Shown: one piece after another, positions 1 to 12,165 of the stretch | Position numbering within the stretch: position 1 is the stretch's first letter | Layout: the number at the start of each line of letters is the position of its first letter | NCBI RefSeq assembly: GCF_006345805.1 | Contig: NC_042999.1 | Span: 43,276,001-43,340,000 of the forward strand | From: Octopus sinensis | Lineage: Eukaryota | Direction: 5' to 3' | DNA: 64,000 nucleotides | Program-made: the position numbers and the translations under genes | The notes under the pieces: model-generated | Seen by the model: the letters and a program-made list of their open reading frames with translations, nothing else | The model's database searches: none | What the model was told of the DNA's origin: nothing

Positions 1-120
1 TTTCGGGTGGATTTAGCTGCTATTCCTAGCAAACTGAGCAACCATAGAGGTTCCATGAATGCTATAGTGATAGTATTTCTTAATTGACCACACACACACA
101 CTCTTTCTCTCTACCTTATT

Positions 121-122
121 TA

Positions 123-153
<31 letters not shown>

Positions 154-165
154 GCGCATGCATGC
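121..165. repeat. (CA)n(CG)n alternating purine-pyrimidine tract (potential Z-DNA)
   Basis: cacacacacacacacacgcgcgcgcgcgcgcgcgcatgcatgc. Confidence 0.8.
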
Positions 166-299
166 AAACTGATTGAGAGACAGTTCAATGAAGCGAACAA
201 AATATAAGAGACACTCGCCAACAAGATTGAGAATTCTTTTAATTTCTGAATGTTTTTATTTTATTTTTATTTTTAATGTTTCTTTAATGAGAATCAGTA

Positions 300-1110
300 A
301 AAACAAGAATTGATGATTCATTTGTAAATTTTGGCCCACCACCACCAGCACCAACAACAACAACAACAACTTTATCATATTCATTATCACCACACCATAT
401 TATCATTTACCACCACCACCACCTTACTCCCCTCCCTCAGATCACCAGCTATCACTATCACCACTACTACAACCGACATCACCAGGATCACTGATACCAC
501 GTGTATCATCATCATCATCATCACCAATAACATAACTGGCACTATAATCACCACTGCCACCTTAGTCCCAATACAGACTGTACATATGACACAACAGATC
601 AAATAGACAAGATGGATTGTGAATAGGAGACCAGACATAAGAGACAGATGTGTCTGTGTATATGTGTGTGTGTGTGTATGTGTGGGGGGGGATGCAGAAA
701 GTGTCAATGAAGTAAGAAGATATAGGGAAAGAGCAGAATAAAAAAAAAAAAGGTAAATGAAATGGAGAGAAAGAAAAGAATTGGGGGGGGGTAAAAGTAG
801 AAGTAAGAGAGGGAGAGAAAGGAGAGGTAAAAGTTGGAAGGAAGACAGAAAGATGAGATAGGGAAAAAAGGGGGGGATAGAGGGTAGAAGAAAGAGGAGA
901 GAGAGAGAATAGAGAATTGAAGAGAGAGGGGGAATAGAGGACAGCAGAAGAGGAACAGGAGAAGAAAAAGTATGAAGGGGAGAGGGATGGGGGGGATAGA
1001 GTTTAAGGAGAGGAAAAAGGAGAACGGAAGATGCCAAAAGAAAAGGACAAGGCAGAAAAAGAAGAGGAAGGAGACAAAAGAAAGAATAAGGATGTGCAAA
1101 CACCAAATTA
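300..1110. repeat. Low-complexity (CAC/CAA/CAT)n tract followed by a long GA-rich polypurine tract
   Basis: Seen directly; accounts for the ORFs at 331-606, 387-1106 and 704-1198. Confidence 0.85.
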
Positions 1111-1214
1111 TATATATATATATATATATAATATAATAAATATTAGGGAATAAATCCAGATTTACAGGGAAAAAAATCAGATTTAGGATTAAATCCAATT
1201 TTATAGTAAAATAT

Positions 1215-1390
1215 TATAAAATATTATTAGAGACAAATTTGAAACTGACTTATTGGAAGTCCACCTGAAGATTGTCGATCAAGACAAGAAACGATTGTAG
1301 TGGCGGTTTTTTTGACTATTTATTAAAATTTTATGTATTGATTAAGTCTTTCCTTGTTTGTTTTGCAAAATAGTGGTTTTGTCTCTAATA

Positions 1391-1400
<10 letters not shown>
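1215..1400 (+). mobile_element. Penelope-like pseudo-LTR fragment bounded by a perfect 23-bp inverted repeat
   Basis: tataaaatattattagagacaaa (1215-1237) is the exact reverse complement of 1378-1400 and the pair encloses the hammerhead. Penelope-like elements are known to carry minimal hammerheads and inverted terminal segments. The family assignment is inference. Confidence 0.5.
1261..1303 (+). ncRNA. Minimal type I hammerhead ribozyme motif
   Basis: ccac (stem I) - CTGAAGA core (1265-1271) - stem II ttgtc/gacaa with 6-nt loop - GAAA (1288-1291) - c-gatt-g short stem III - GTA cleavage triplet (1297-1299) - gtgg (stem I partner). All canonical core nucleotides are in the right order. Confidence 0.7.
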
Positions 1401-1438
<38 letters not shown>

Positions 1439-1659
1439 TAGATGTCTCTTATCTTACACTTTAGATTGCAGCAATGCTGGGGCACCACCTTGAAGAATTT
1501 TTAGCCAAATGAATTGACCCCATGACTTTTTTTTTTTCTTTTTATAAGCCTGGTACTTACCCTATCCGTCTCTTTCTTTTACCAAACTGCTAATTACAAG
1601 GATGTAACGAACCAACAGCAGATGTAAAGTGGTTGCGGGGAAAACACACACACATACAC

Positions 1660-1726
<67 letters not shown>

Positions 1727-1878
1727 ATATGTATACATGATAGACTTCTTTCTGTTTCCATCTACTAAATCCACTCACAAGGCTTTGGTCAGCCCAAGGC
1801 TATAGTAGCAGATATTTACCTAAGGTGCCACACAGTGGGACTCGGCCCAGGACCATGTAGTTGGGAAGCAAACTTCTT

Positions 1879-1910
<32 letters not shown>

Positions 1911-2177
1911 TTGCAGTTGTAAGATTGTGGTTTTGATTCCCAGACCGGACGTTGTGAGTGTTTATTGAGTGAAAACACCTACAAGCTCCACGAGGCTCCG
2001 GCACGGGGTGGTGGCGATCCCTGCCGTACTCTTTCGCCACAACTTTCTCTCACTCTTTCTTCAGTTGGCCTGCTCGCTTAGCCAGGTGGGTGGCACCATT
2101 TCAAGGCTAAAACAATGTGAAGCGCATTGTGACCAGCGATGTGTGGCAACATCTGATAGCCTGGTCAGTCACAGTGC

Positions 2178-2215
<38 letters not shown>

Positions 2216-2261
2216 TGTATATACAAATATATATACACATACATAATGCACATGCATGCTT

Positions 2262-2305
<44 letters not shown>

Positions 2306-2885
2306 CACACAGTAGCAGAAGCAGTACCTATCCATTACCTCATCACACACTGGCAGGGAGTAATTATTAATACCTAAAATAATACAATCACATGAATTCA
2401 CTACATTTTCGACAAAGGAGGGTGGCCGACAATCTTCAGTTGGTCCTCAATTTTACTCAGAGAAGCTACATCGAAGCCATTCAGAATGGGGTTTCAGTTT
2501 GACAATTACCCAAAAAAAACACCCTATTGCAGTCATGTTGGAGCACTACTTTGAAGGGTTAAATGAAACAAATCAACTTCAGACTAATTTAATTAAGCCT
2601 GATACTTATTCTCTTTTTTTTTTTTTTTTTGCCAAACCACTAAGTTATGGGATGTAAACAAACCAAATCAGGTTCTCAATCAGTGGTGGGGGAACAACAC
2701 AGACACAACATGTACGCACAAACATAACAGGCTTCCTCCAGTTTCCATCAACTAAGTCTATTCTCAAGGTTTTGGTTAGCCAGAGGTTATAGGTGCTATG
2801 CAGCACAATTGAACCGAAGACCACATGGCTGGGTAGCAAGCTTCTGAACTACAGAGCCATGCCAGTTTCACAGAAATGTGTGCCT

Positions 2886-3111
2886 AAGGCAGCGAGCTGG
2901 CAGAAAGGTTAGCACACCGGGCGAAATGCTTAGTGGTATTTTGTCTGCCACTACATTCTGAGTTCAAATTCCGCTGAGGTCAACTTTCATCCTTTTGGGG
3001 TCGATTGAATAAGTACCAGTTACGCACTGAGGTCAATATAATTGACTTAATCTGTTTATCTGTCCTTCTTTGTCCCCTTATGGGCAGTAAAGAAATAAGA
3101 AATGTGTGCCT
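2886..3111 (+). mobile_element. tRNA-like SINE (family 2, tail type B) with 14-bp target site duplication
   Basis: Head aaggcagcgagctggcagaa, B-box-like gagttcaaattc, central ctttcatccttttggggtcgat and tail gggcagtaaagaaata. TSD agaaatgtgtgcct at 2872-2885 and 3098-3111. Confidence 0.85.
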
Positions 3112-3571
3112 CAATGCAAAATATCAACCACCAAAGTGCAAAACTGTGACCCACAGATAAGTACCAGTTACACACTGGGGTCAATATAATTGACTTAATC
3201 CGTTTGTGTGTCCTTGTTTATCCCCTCTGTGGGCAGTAAAGAAATAAGAAATGTGTGCCTCCATGCAAAATATCAACCACCAAAGTGCAAAACTGTGACC
3301 CACAGATAAGTACCAGTTACGCACTGGGGTCAATATAATTGACTTAATCCGTTTGTGTGTCCTTGTTTATCCCCTCTGTGGGCAGTAAAGAAATAAGAAA
3401 TGTGTGCCTCAATGCAAAATATCAACCACCAAAGTGCAAAACTGTGACCCACAGATAAGTACCAGTTACGCACTGGGGGTCAATATAATTGACTAAATCC
3501 GTTTGTCTGTCCTTTGTCCCCTCTGTGGGCAGTAGAGAAATAAGAAATGTGTGCCTCGATGTGACCCACAG
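3011..3571 (+). repeat. Tandem array of a 148-149 bp unit (SINE 3' half plus flank), about 3.7 copies
   Basis: aagtaccagtta recurs at 3011, 3159, 3308 and 3457. Confidence 0.9.
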
Positions 3572-3809
3572 CCAGAAACAGAGATACATAGATATACATT
3601 CACTTTTATACAGAGAGATAATACAAGGAAACAAACAAGCAAAGAGAAAAAAAATTGCCATGCTGGCAGAAAGAAACCTAAAATAACATTTAAAAATGTT
3701 GTGTGTATGTGTGTGTGTACATTAGACTGACAGGTGGGTAAAGGAGGCGAGCAGAGTAAAAAGAGAGTAGTAGTAAGAGGAAGAGGTATGAGAGAGAAGA
3801 CACAAACAC

Positions 3810-3929
3810 ACACACACACACTTTATATATATATATACACACTTTATATAAATATATATACACACACATACTTTATATATATATATACACACACATACTT
3901 TATATAAATATATATACACACACATACTT

Positions 3930-3964
<35 letters not shown>

Positions 3965-4140
3965 ATATACACACACACTTTATATAATATATATACACAC
4001 ACATACTTTATATAAATATATATACACACACATACTTTATATAAATATATATACACACACATACTTTATATATATATGTATATATATAATATATATATAC
4101 ACACACATACATACATACATACATACACACACACATATAT
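3810..4140. repeat. Compound (CA)n/(TA)n minisatellite, unit about 30 bp (cacacatactttatata...)
   Basis: Seen directly. Confidence 0.85.
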
Positions 4141-4354
4141 AAATATATGTACAAACAGATAAACAGACACACATATTTATGTACATATGTATAGTCAAGA
4201 GAGAAAGATTATACAGAGAGGGAGGGAGAGAGAGAAGTAAGAGGAAAGAGTCAAAGAAAGTGGATGATCTACATCAATAAACTCCAGCTGGTGACCTGCT
4301 TTCCCACCCTCCCTGCCTGCTCATCCCACTCCCCACCATATTAGTAGGCATCAT

Positions 4355-4420
4355 ATTACCATGGCAACTCAAGCGACTATGCCCCTCCCCCTTTCCTCTA
4401 CCACACAGTTGCTAAGGCAA
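4355..4420. promoter_or_regulatory. Paired RFX X-box motifs (candidate enhancer or promoter)
   Basis: attaccatggcaac (4355-4368) and gttgctaaggcaac (4407-4420) both closely match the RFX palindrome GTTGCCATGGCAAC and sit in non-repetitive sequence. Confidence 0.6.
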
Positions 4421-4772
4421 CAAGCCAGCCAGAAGTTAAGTTTGCTTTATCTATTCAATAATAGTAATGAAATGCCACTTAACAACCAAATAAGCCTCCT
4501 GGAAATAGAGGTAACCCTGATGACGATGATGATGATGATTATCATCATCATGATCATGATGTTGTGGTGGGGGGGGGGGTGATTAAGAACAGAGGGGTCC
4601 TTTATGCGTGCACACATGCACATGTGAGTATGTGTCATGTAATGCATGGGGAGCATATGGCACGTGTTTAAATGGATGAGTGCGGGGGTTTTGACTGAGT
4701 GTATGTGTGAGCAGGCTCTGCAATGCGCATATGTGTAAGTATATGCGTGTGTGCATGTGTGTGTGTGTATAT

Positions 4773-4830
<58 letters not shown>

Positions 4831-4844
4831 CCTCAATTTATGTA

Positions 4845-4878
<34 letters not shown>

Positions 4879-5134
4879 CACACATGAGTATATGTATCCA
4901 GGTGTGTGTGTGTGTGTACAGAGCAGCTGTTAAATGATGATGATGATGTGTGTATGCTCCCCACCCTCACCAAAGGAACTTGAATGTAAGCCTTGTGTAA
5001 CCTTATAATAAAAATTAAGGTTGATACTGTGTGTGTGTGTGTATGTGTGCATATGTGTATGTGTATTCATATGTGTGCGTGTGCATATATGCGTGTGTGT
5101 GTGTGTGTGTGTGTGTGTTGTGTGTGTGTGTATG

Positions 5135-5166
<32 letters not shown>

Positions 5167-5687
5167 ACTTGTACACAGAAGGAAGTATACTTGACAAATA
5201 GGTGCACAAGGGAAGACTTGTATGTACCCAGGTACATGGAAGTGCTCATGTGACTGCACAGTGAAGAGGGGAAGAGAACCTGGGTGCAAGTCTATAATAG
5301 CAGGAGAGAGACAGACAGAATGCGAAAGAGCTAATGCAAAAGTAAATAAGGGAGAGAGAGAGGGTACTTTTACAGAGGAGACACTCAGAGCGCTTGCTTA
5401 AAGTGTTTGTGGGTGGAAGTGTACAGGAGTGTGTGTATATGTTAATGCACAAGAAAGTGTGTGCATGTGTGAGTAAAAAAAAAAAAAAGGGAATATTATT
5501 CAAACCGAATTAACTATGGTGGAGATGGTGGTGGTAGTGGTCATAGAACTTAGTTGAAAACAGGGCCCTTAGGAATACTTCAAAATCAGCATTGCAAGCT
5601 AATAAAATTGTCAATAATTGAACAGTGCTTGCACACTTTTGAACGGCTGTAGATGGATGAATTCACGGGGTAAAAAGACCACCAGTG

Positions 5688-6215
5688 TGTGAGCAACAAT
5701 GGAGTAACATATAACCACTGTTATATATAACAGCTGCGAGTGCTATAATGGGTTGACCAGGGTTAAGAGACACACCGTCTGTGGGCAATGATGAAGCGAT
5801 CCGGAGTACTATGAGCAATGACATGGTAAGAAGAGGTAACAGACAGGATAACAAGGGCACCCTGTGAGCAACGATGGTGAGCATGTAACCAGTGTGTGCA
5901 ATAATGGGGTGACCAGGATTACGAGACAAACATCCTGTGAGCAGTGCTGAAGTAATCCTGAGCATAATGGGCAATTGCAAGAAGTGGTGACAGACAAGCA
6001 CTCTATGAGCAACAACAAGATGAGGACACCCTGTGAGTGATGATAGGGTAATATATGACTACTATGTTTACACTAATGATGTGACATAACCATAGCATGT
6101 GCAATAATGCAGTGATCAGGGTTAAGATACAAATACTCTATGAGCAATGATGGAGAAACCACAGTACTATAAGCGGAGACAAACAAGCACTCTATGAGCA
6201 ATGATGGTATAACCA
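5688..6215. repeat. Old degenerate tandem repeat (three copies of a ~90 bp core plus shorter ctctatgagcaatgatg-like subunits)
   Basis: gtgc(t/a)ataatg..gtgaccagg(g/a)tta.gagaca recurs near 5740, 5895 and 6100. Confidence 0.65.
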
Positions 6216-6879
6216 ATTCAAGACCATACAGTTTTTTCTCTGTGTGTATACAGCATGCATTATTTAATGTCCTTCTATTTCTCGAGATGTCTGATAAGTA
6301 GGAGATTTGGCTGTTATTTTTTAGCAAAGCAAGCAACTTCCTAGAACAGATATGAGCAAGTTTTTTTGAGGAGCAGGCCACACAAGACATGGCTTACATC
6401 AGGCAGGCAGCACAACAAAATAAAATTCAAGGTAATTTTCCATTAGCTGCGCCATTCAAAAAGTCTTGCAGGCCCATGAATGCCCTACTGTCTTCTACAT
6501 TATCTGTACTGAGCTCTAACTATTCTTGTTGTTTAGCAGAAGGTTAGCCCTAGTTGAACAGATCTGTGATCAAAAGTATTTCTATCATAACAATCGTATA
6601 TTACCTAATGCAATGCAATCCAATGCAGACCCAGTTACCAATTTCAGACAATAATGTCAAATTTGAGATTCCCATAAATAGTTACATGACATTCTTTGTG
6701 TAGGCAACGGTGATGAAATTTGTTCAGAATTCATCCTGCAAAACCATTAGAATAATTTTGCATAATTAGGTGCACATTTCACCAGTAGAGGAAGTTCCCT
6801 CCAACAGTAGTCTAGTGTCCTATTCCAAGACAGATTTATTTCTTATCTAGTTTAACAGTGAGTTGTATACCAATCTCAA

Positions 6880-7190
6880 GGCACATGGCTCAATGGTTAG
6901 GGTATTTGAGTCATGATCATAAGATCATGTATCCGATATCCAGTGGCATATTGTGTGTCTGAGCAAAATACTTTATTTCTCATTGCCCCAGTCAACTCAG
7001 CTGGTGAAAATGAGTAGTACTTGTATTTCAAAGGGTCACTTTTGTTAGATTCTTTGTCACACTGAATCTCCCCGAGAACTATTTTAAGGGTACCCATGTC
7101 TGCAGAATGCTTCGCTACTTGCAAGTTAATTTCACAAGCAGGCCGTTTCATTGATTGGATCAACCAGAACACTTATCATCATAACCAACA
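6880..7190 (+). mobile_element. tRNA-derived CORE-like SINE (family 4 variant)
   Basis: Head ggcacatggctcaatggttag, then tgtgtctgagcaaaatactttat (CORE-like). Related to 47789-48118 and 11853-12165. Confidence 0.7.
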
Positions 7191-9083
7191 AAGTGCCAGC
7201 TTTAGTATACCAATCTTGTAGAATTTCGTAGTAATTTAGAGAAAAACAAAAGCAGCTATCATATTATTTACAACAATGAACAAGTTGTACCCGCTTATGG
7301 TACCTACCTATTACTAAATAGAACTAAGAGACACAGAGGCAGTGGCCAAGGTGAGGGGGGCATCTTAGCTACAGATACCACTCAACACTTAGATCAGAAT
7401 AGAAAACACCATCACCATTCTGAGACCAGTGGTCAAATTATGAAACCCACAACCACCTCTACCAAGCAACCCAGCTGATTCTAGCTATTTAGTGTTAACC
7501 AATGAGAAGAAAAGACTTTATCTATGAAATAATATTCTACATACACTCTAAGGAACAGGACTAAATAATAATGGATGATAAACATGATGGTGCTAATTAT
7601 TATTGTTGTTGTTGTTACTGATAAGGATGAGTATAGAGTGAATAAGATAGGGGGAGGGCTAAATTTTTTTTTCTCGGTATAAATAATATATTTTGGTGGC
7701 AGTAGTGGTAGTTTGGTGGGGAGGAAGGCAAAAATGTTAGTCGTCACTTAGCGGTTCGGCAAAAAAGACCGATAGAATAAGTACTGGGCTTACAAAGAAT
7801 AAGTCCCGGGGTCGATTTGCGCGACTAAAGGCGGTGCTCCAGCATGGCTGCAGTCAAATGACTGAAACAAGTAAAAGAGTAAAAGAGTAACTGGATCAAT
7901 ACCCTCCCTCACCTCACTCCAATACTTGACTACTCCTTCTGATGGATGAAAGGCTGAAGCCGACCCAGGCAGGATTTGAACTCAGGATGCAAAGAGATGC
8001 AACCAAATAGTGCACGTACATTTTGTCCAGCTCTCATCCAATTCTACCACTCCACCACCATCGTCCAAGATACCGAAACAGATACCAACAGTCTATATAC
8101 TGACTGACTGCATGTAAGAAAACTAGTCACAGAGCAAGTCCTTCCTTCATACATATTTATGGCAATTCCAAGTTTAGAAGTTAGAGTCAGCAATAGTAGT
8201 AGCAGCAGTAACAATAGTAGTAATTAGTAGAAGTAGTAATAACAGATGTGACAGTAGTGATGGTGAGGCAGTCACAAGGAATTATCTATCATCCAGTGAA
8301 CCAAGAAGCAAAAGCAGCAACACATTCCGTGATTTTCTCCTCTCATTAAGAAAAATCAATAGATTTGCTGGTTGTCAGGTAGAATTCTTCATTCTCTTGT
8401 ATTGCCTTGCAATTCACTTTCATTACACAGCAGTTGGCATTGTAAATACCGCTTAGTGCTACGTCCCAACCACCATTCACTGCCAAAGCTTAGGCAGCAA
8501 ATCCCCCACCCCCACCACTTTTCTTTTTTTTTCTATTTTTTATCCTCTTTGTTCTAGCCAATAATGGAGCCTCAAGGTGGTTGTTCATTTTGCTAGAATT
8601 AGTAAACCCAGCAAAATCTCCTCCCTCAAATTACACCCAAACGGCACCCTCCTCCCAACCTCAAAAAATAAATTAAATTAAATGAGCGACAAAGAGCACG
8701 GTTGATAAATTAGTCCTACATGCACTGAGTCCCAGGAAAAGAAAAACGGCATGGTCAAAGCCAAAATGCTTTTTCATCATCAAACTACTTGAACTTAGAC
8801 CTAACAACAACCTTTTCTTTTATTATTTATTATTTACAAATTGAATACAGGTGCAGTTATAGACATGTGTTTTAGAAGTCTCCCTGAGAACCATATGACT
8901 CTAGGGCTTGTAGCAACCACATGGACACTGTTTGCTGTCATCTATAATAGGCTGCAGGGTTGACCAATGATTTTGAGTTTGAAATTTGGTGAACAGAATC
9001 TGGAAGAAGCCCTTGTGGGCTTAGGAGACACATAAACATGCATGTGTGACTGTGTATGAGTTTCACCTCACGCTGAAAGATAC

Positions 9084-9630
9084 CATGCTAATTGTAAACA
9101 GAAGTCACTGTTATACGAAAACAGTGTCAGTCGATTGCAGTTCTCTGCAAAAGCTTGTCTAGGTAACTGTAATGTCTGGAATTCAAAGGACTAAGATTTT
9201 TTGCAAAACAACTTGCAGATGCAAGTGCTACCAGTTGAAAGCTCTGCATACCAGATGCTAGCTAGTTTATGAGGTCATCAGGAGTGGATGCATGCCATTC
9301 CGGGACCTTCTTCTCGGTGGTATCATTGCGCACAGCCCCTCCATCCTAAATGAGGCCCCGCTTGCTAGATCAACTGGTTATTATGTTTTACTCAATATTC
9401 TTCTAGCCATTTCTCATCATCACTTTTTAACCAAATCCAGTGGCTTGTCTTGTCTTGCCATCACCTACAAACTTAGTAGGATGGAACGAATCAGAAATTA
9501 ATAAACACAGATGCAGAAAAGTTGGAACACTGAAACATGCTAATTTTAAACAGAAGTCACTGCCATACAAAAACAGCATCATTTGTTTGCAATTCTCTGC
9601 AAAAGTTTGTCTGGGTAACTAAAATGTCTG
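9084..9630 (+). repeat. Pair of ~95 bp direct repeats (9084-9178, 9536-9630) flanking ~355 bp of unique, more GC-rich sequence
   Basis: catgctaatt.taaacagaagtcactg...ttctctgcaaaag.ttgtct.ggtaact..aatgtctg occurs twice. Confidence 0.8.
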
Positions 9631-10102
9631 TATTAGGAAACATGTGAAAACAACTTTGCCTGGACTTGTGCCTTGGAGGGAAACTTCCTAGGTGCAAACC
9701 CATGGTCATTCATGACTGAAGAGGGTCTTTACTCTTTACCCTTTGAATTAATCATACATTATCTCACAGGTTCTAGACTTCAATGATGTGATTGCTTATT
9801 TTTAGAATGACACTGTAAGGTAGGTATAAGAAACTGGAACTAACAGGTAGGATAATTGGTCAGATATGGCCAGTTTCAACGCTGAAGGGATAAACATTAA
9901 ACGGCTTCACAGGCTAAATTATTATGTGGTTCAGGGATTAGACCACACCTCGCAACACTGTCTTCTTCACTAGCCTCTGATCAGCCAAAGACAAGTGGAT
10001 GACATGCCATAGGTCATAGCTATAGCTCTTTCTCCTCAGGCTTGACCCACAAAAATATAAATAAAAATAAATTAAGAACCCCATCCAAACTCTTAAACAG
10101 AA

Positions 10103-10456
10103 TCATCATCATCATCATCATCATCATCTTCATTTAGCGTCCGCTTTCCATGCTAGCATGGATCGGACGGTTCAACTGGGGTCTGGGAAGCCAGAAGGCT
10201 GCACCAGGCCCAGTCTGAACTGGCAATGTTTCTATGACTGGATGCCCTTCCTAACGCCAACCACTCTGTGAGTGTAGTGGGTGCTTTTTACGTGCCACCA
10301 GCACAGGTGCCAGACGAGGCTGGCAAACAGCCATGATCTGATGGTGCTTTTTACGTGCCACCGGCACGGAGGCCAGTCGGGGCGGCACTGGCAACGGCCA
10401 CGTTCGGATGGTTCTCTTACGTGCCACCGGCACTGGTATCGCAGCTACAATGTCCA
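10103..10456 (-). mobile_element. SINE family 3 with RTE-like 3' end (ccatgctagcatggaaagcggacg plus (GAT)n tail)
   Basis: Reverse complement of the 30284-30662 copy. Further copies or fragments lie near 15020, 28262, 45990, 50710, 55826 and 63508. Confidence 0.8.
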
Positions 10457-10869
10457 TTAAGGAAAATAAGAAAATATTTAAAACTATTAAATCTTAACTG
10501 AGAAGCACCAATAAGTATGAAATAAGTCTGTTACATGAATACAAATATAGTTATAACACAAGAGGTAAAAAAAAAAAACAATCTCTAGAATAGAAAAAAG
10601 AAGCATTTAATTTAAATTGCTGAAAACTGGAGAGTAACTTTGGTATAATGTTATCACAGCTATCTGGGATATGGTAGATGCATATCTCAAGCATCACATG
10701 TGGATATCAATGCCCCTCCTCCTAGGCATGTTTTTTACAACCTACATATCATAAACTGTCCTTTATAGCTAGATTAACATCTGAGATAGCTCTTAACTTT
10801 TTTGATACCAACCCACCCAAGACCACTCAAGGTTCTATGATGCAAAATTGCTGTTTTGTAGTGACTTAA

Positions 10870-11088
10870 CCCTTTCGTTACTGTATTTATTTTCAGATGC
10901 TCTGCGTTTCTTCCAATTATTTTAAATATAACAAAGAATTTAGTAAAATAACATCGTTATCATTAAGCTAGTTTTAGGAACATGAATTGTGACTAAGGTT
11001 TGGTGGGAGATTTTAATTCAGAACTTTTGAAAACCAGACATGTACGAAAGACCCAGAACCGGTTTCAGCCGAGTTGGTAACGAAAGGG
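10870..11088. mobile_element. piggyBac-type MITE with TTAA TSD
   Basis: ttaa|ccctttcgttac ... gtaacgaaaggg|ttaa, perfect 12-bp TIR. It sits inside an older related MITE starting near 10795. Confidence 0.85.
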
Positions 11089-11182
11089 TTAAAGACTTCC
11101 AACAAAATTTCCTTGTTAATCCAAAGAATGGATTAAATAAGACTTATTTAAAATTAAGCTTTACTACAATATACTTCATTAA

Positions 11183-11626
11183 CTCTTGAGCATTTAACCC
11201 TTTAGTGTTCGCATTATTCTGCCAAAATTAAAGCTTTTTCATCCACATTGTTTTGAATTAATCATGCATTATCTTGTAGCTATGAGATTTTGATGAGGTA
11301 GCTGTTAATTTTTAAAACAACATTGTAGGGTTGGTGTGAGAGACCAGATCTGACCATTTTGAACATAAAACAGGCAGAATACTTTTGACCGGATATGGCC
11401 GGTTTAAATGTTAAAGTGTTAAACCAGCCATATCCAGCCAAATTATTCTACATGCTTTAATTTCAAACTGGCCAGATCTTGCCCCTCCCTCCTACCCTAT
11501 AATGTCATTCTAAAACAAACAATCACATCATCAAAATCTCAAAGTAATATAATAATGCTTGATTAATTCAAAACAACATTAATTAATAAGTATTACATTA
11601 GAAAGAATAATCTGAATGCTAAAGGA
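11183..11626. mobile_element. Nested piggyBac-type MITEs: copy B (11198-11418) inserted into a TTAA inside the left end of copy A
   Basis: ttaa-ctcttgagcat-TTAA-[cccttt...aaagtg]-TTAA-accagccatatcc...aaagga-ttaa. Confidence 0.85.
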
Positions 11627-11852
11627 TTAAGTATTTAACACTTAACACTTTTTGTTTTATTAAATATTTAAGACTATGCTTCACAACAAACGTGCTATGA
11701 CTATAGATAGGTATTGGTGACCATGAACTTTCAAACCTCTCTGCCCTGCACACAACTCAAAGCATTAATGGTTAGGCCATAAGTGTTTTCTACTCTGTTT
11801 TGTCTAAGTCTAAATCCTTTAGCCACTGTAGATATGGTTGAACAGGGTAAAT

Positions 11853-12165
11853 AAAACCCTTCAGTCATGAATGACCATGGGATTGCACCTAGAAAGTTAC
11901 CTTGCAAGGCACAAGTCCGGGCAAGGTTGCTTATGGAAGACCAACAGTTACCTATGCATACCAGCCTCCCCTCTCCATGCTATTGATGTCATCCAAAGAA
12001 AGGTAAAACAGCAATACAACTTGGCACCAGTGACGTCACAACTTATTTCCACAGCTGAGTAAACTGGAGCGATGTGAAATAAAGTGTCTTGCTCAAGAAC
12101 ACAACACACAGCCCAGTACAGGAATCAAACTCACTGTCTCATGATTGCGAGCCTGATGCTCTGAC
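11853..12165 (-). mobile_element. tRNA-derived CORE-like SINE (family 4)
   Basis: Reverse complement of the 47789-48118 copy. Confidence 0.8.

Noticed and set aside
331-1198. PolyH/Q/T and Leu/Phe-rich ORFs
   Set aside because: Translations of trinucleotide and polypurine low-complexity tracts.
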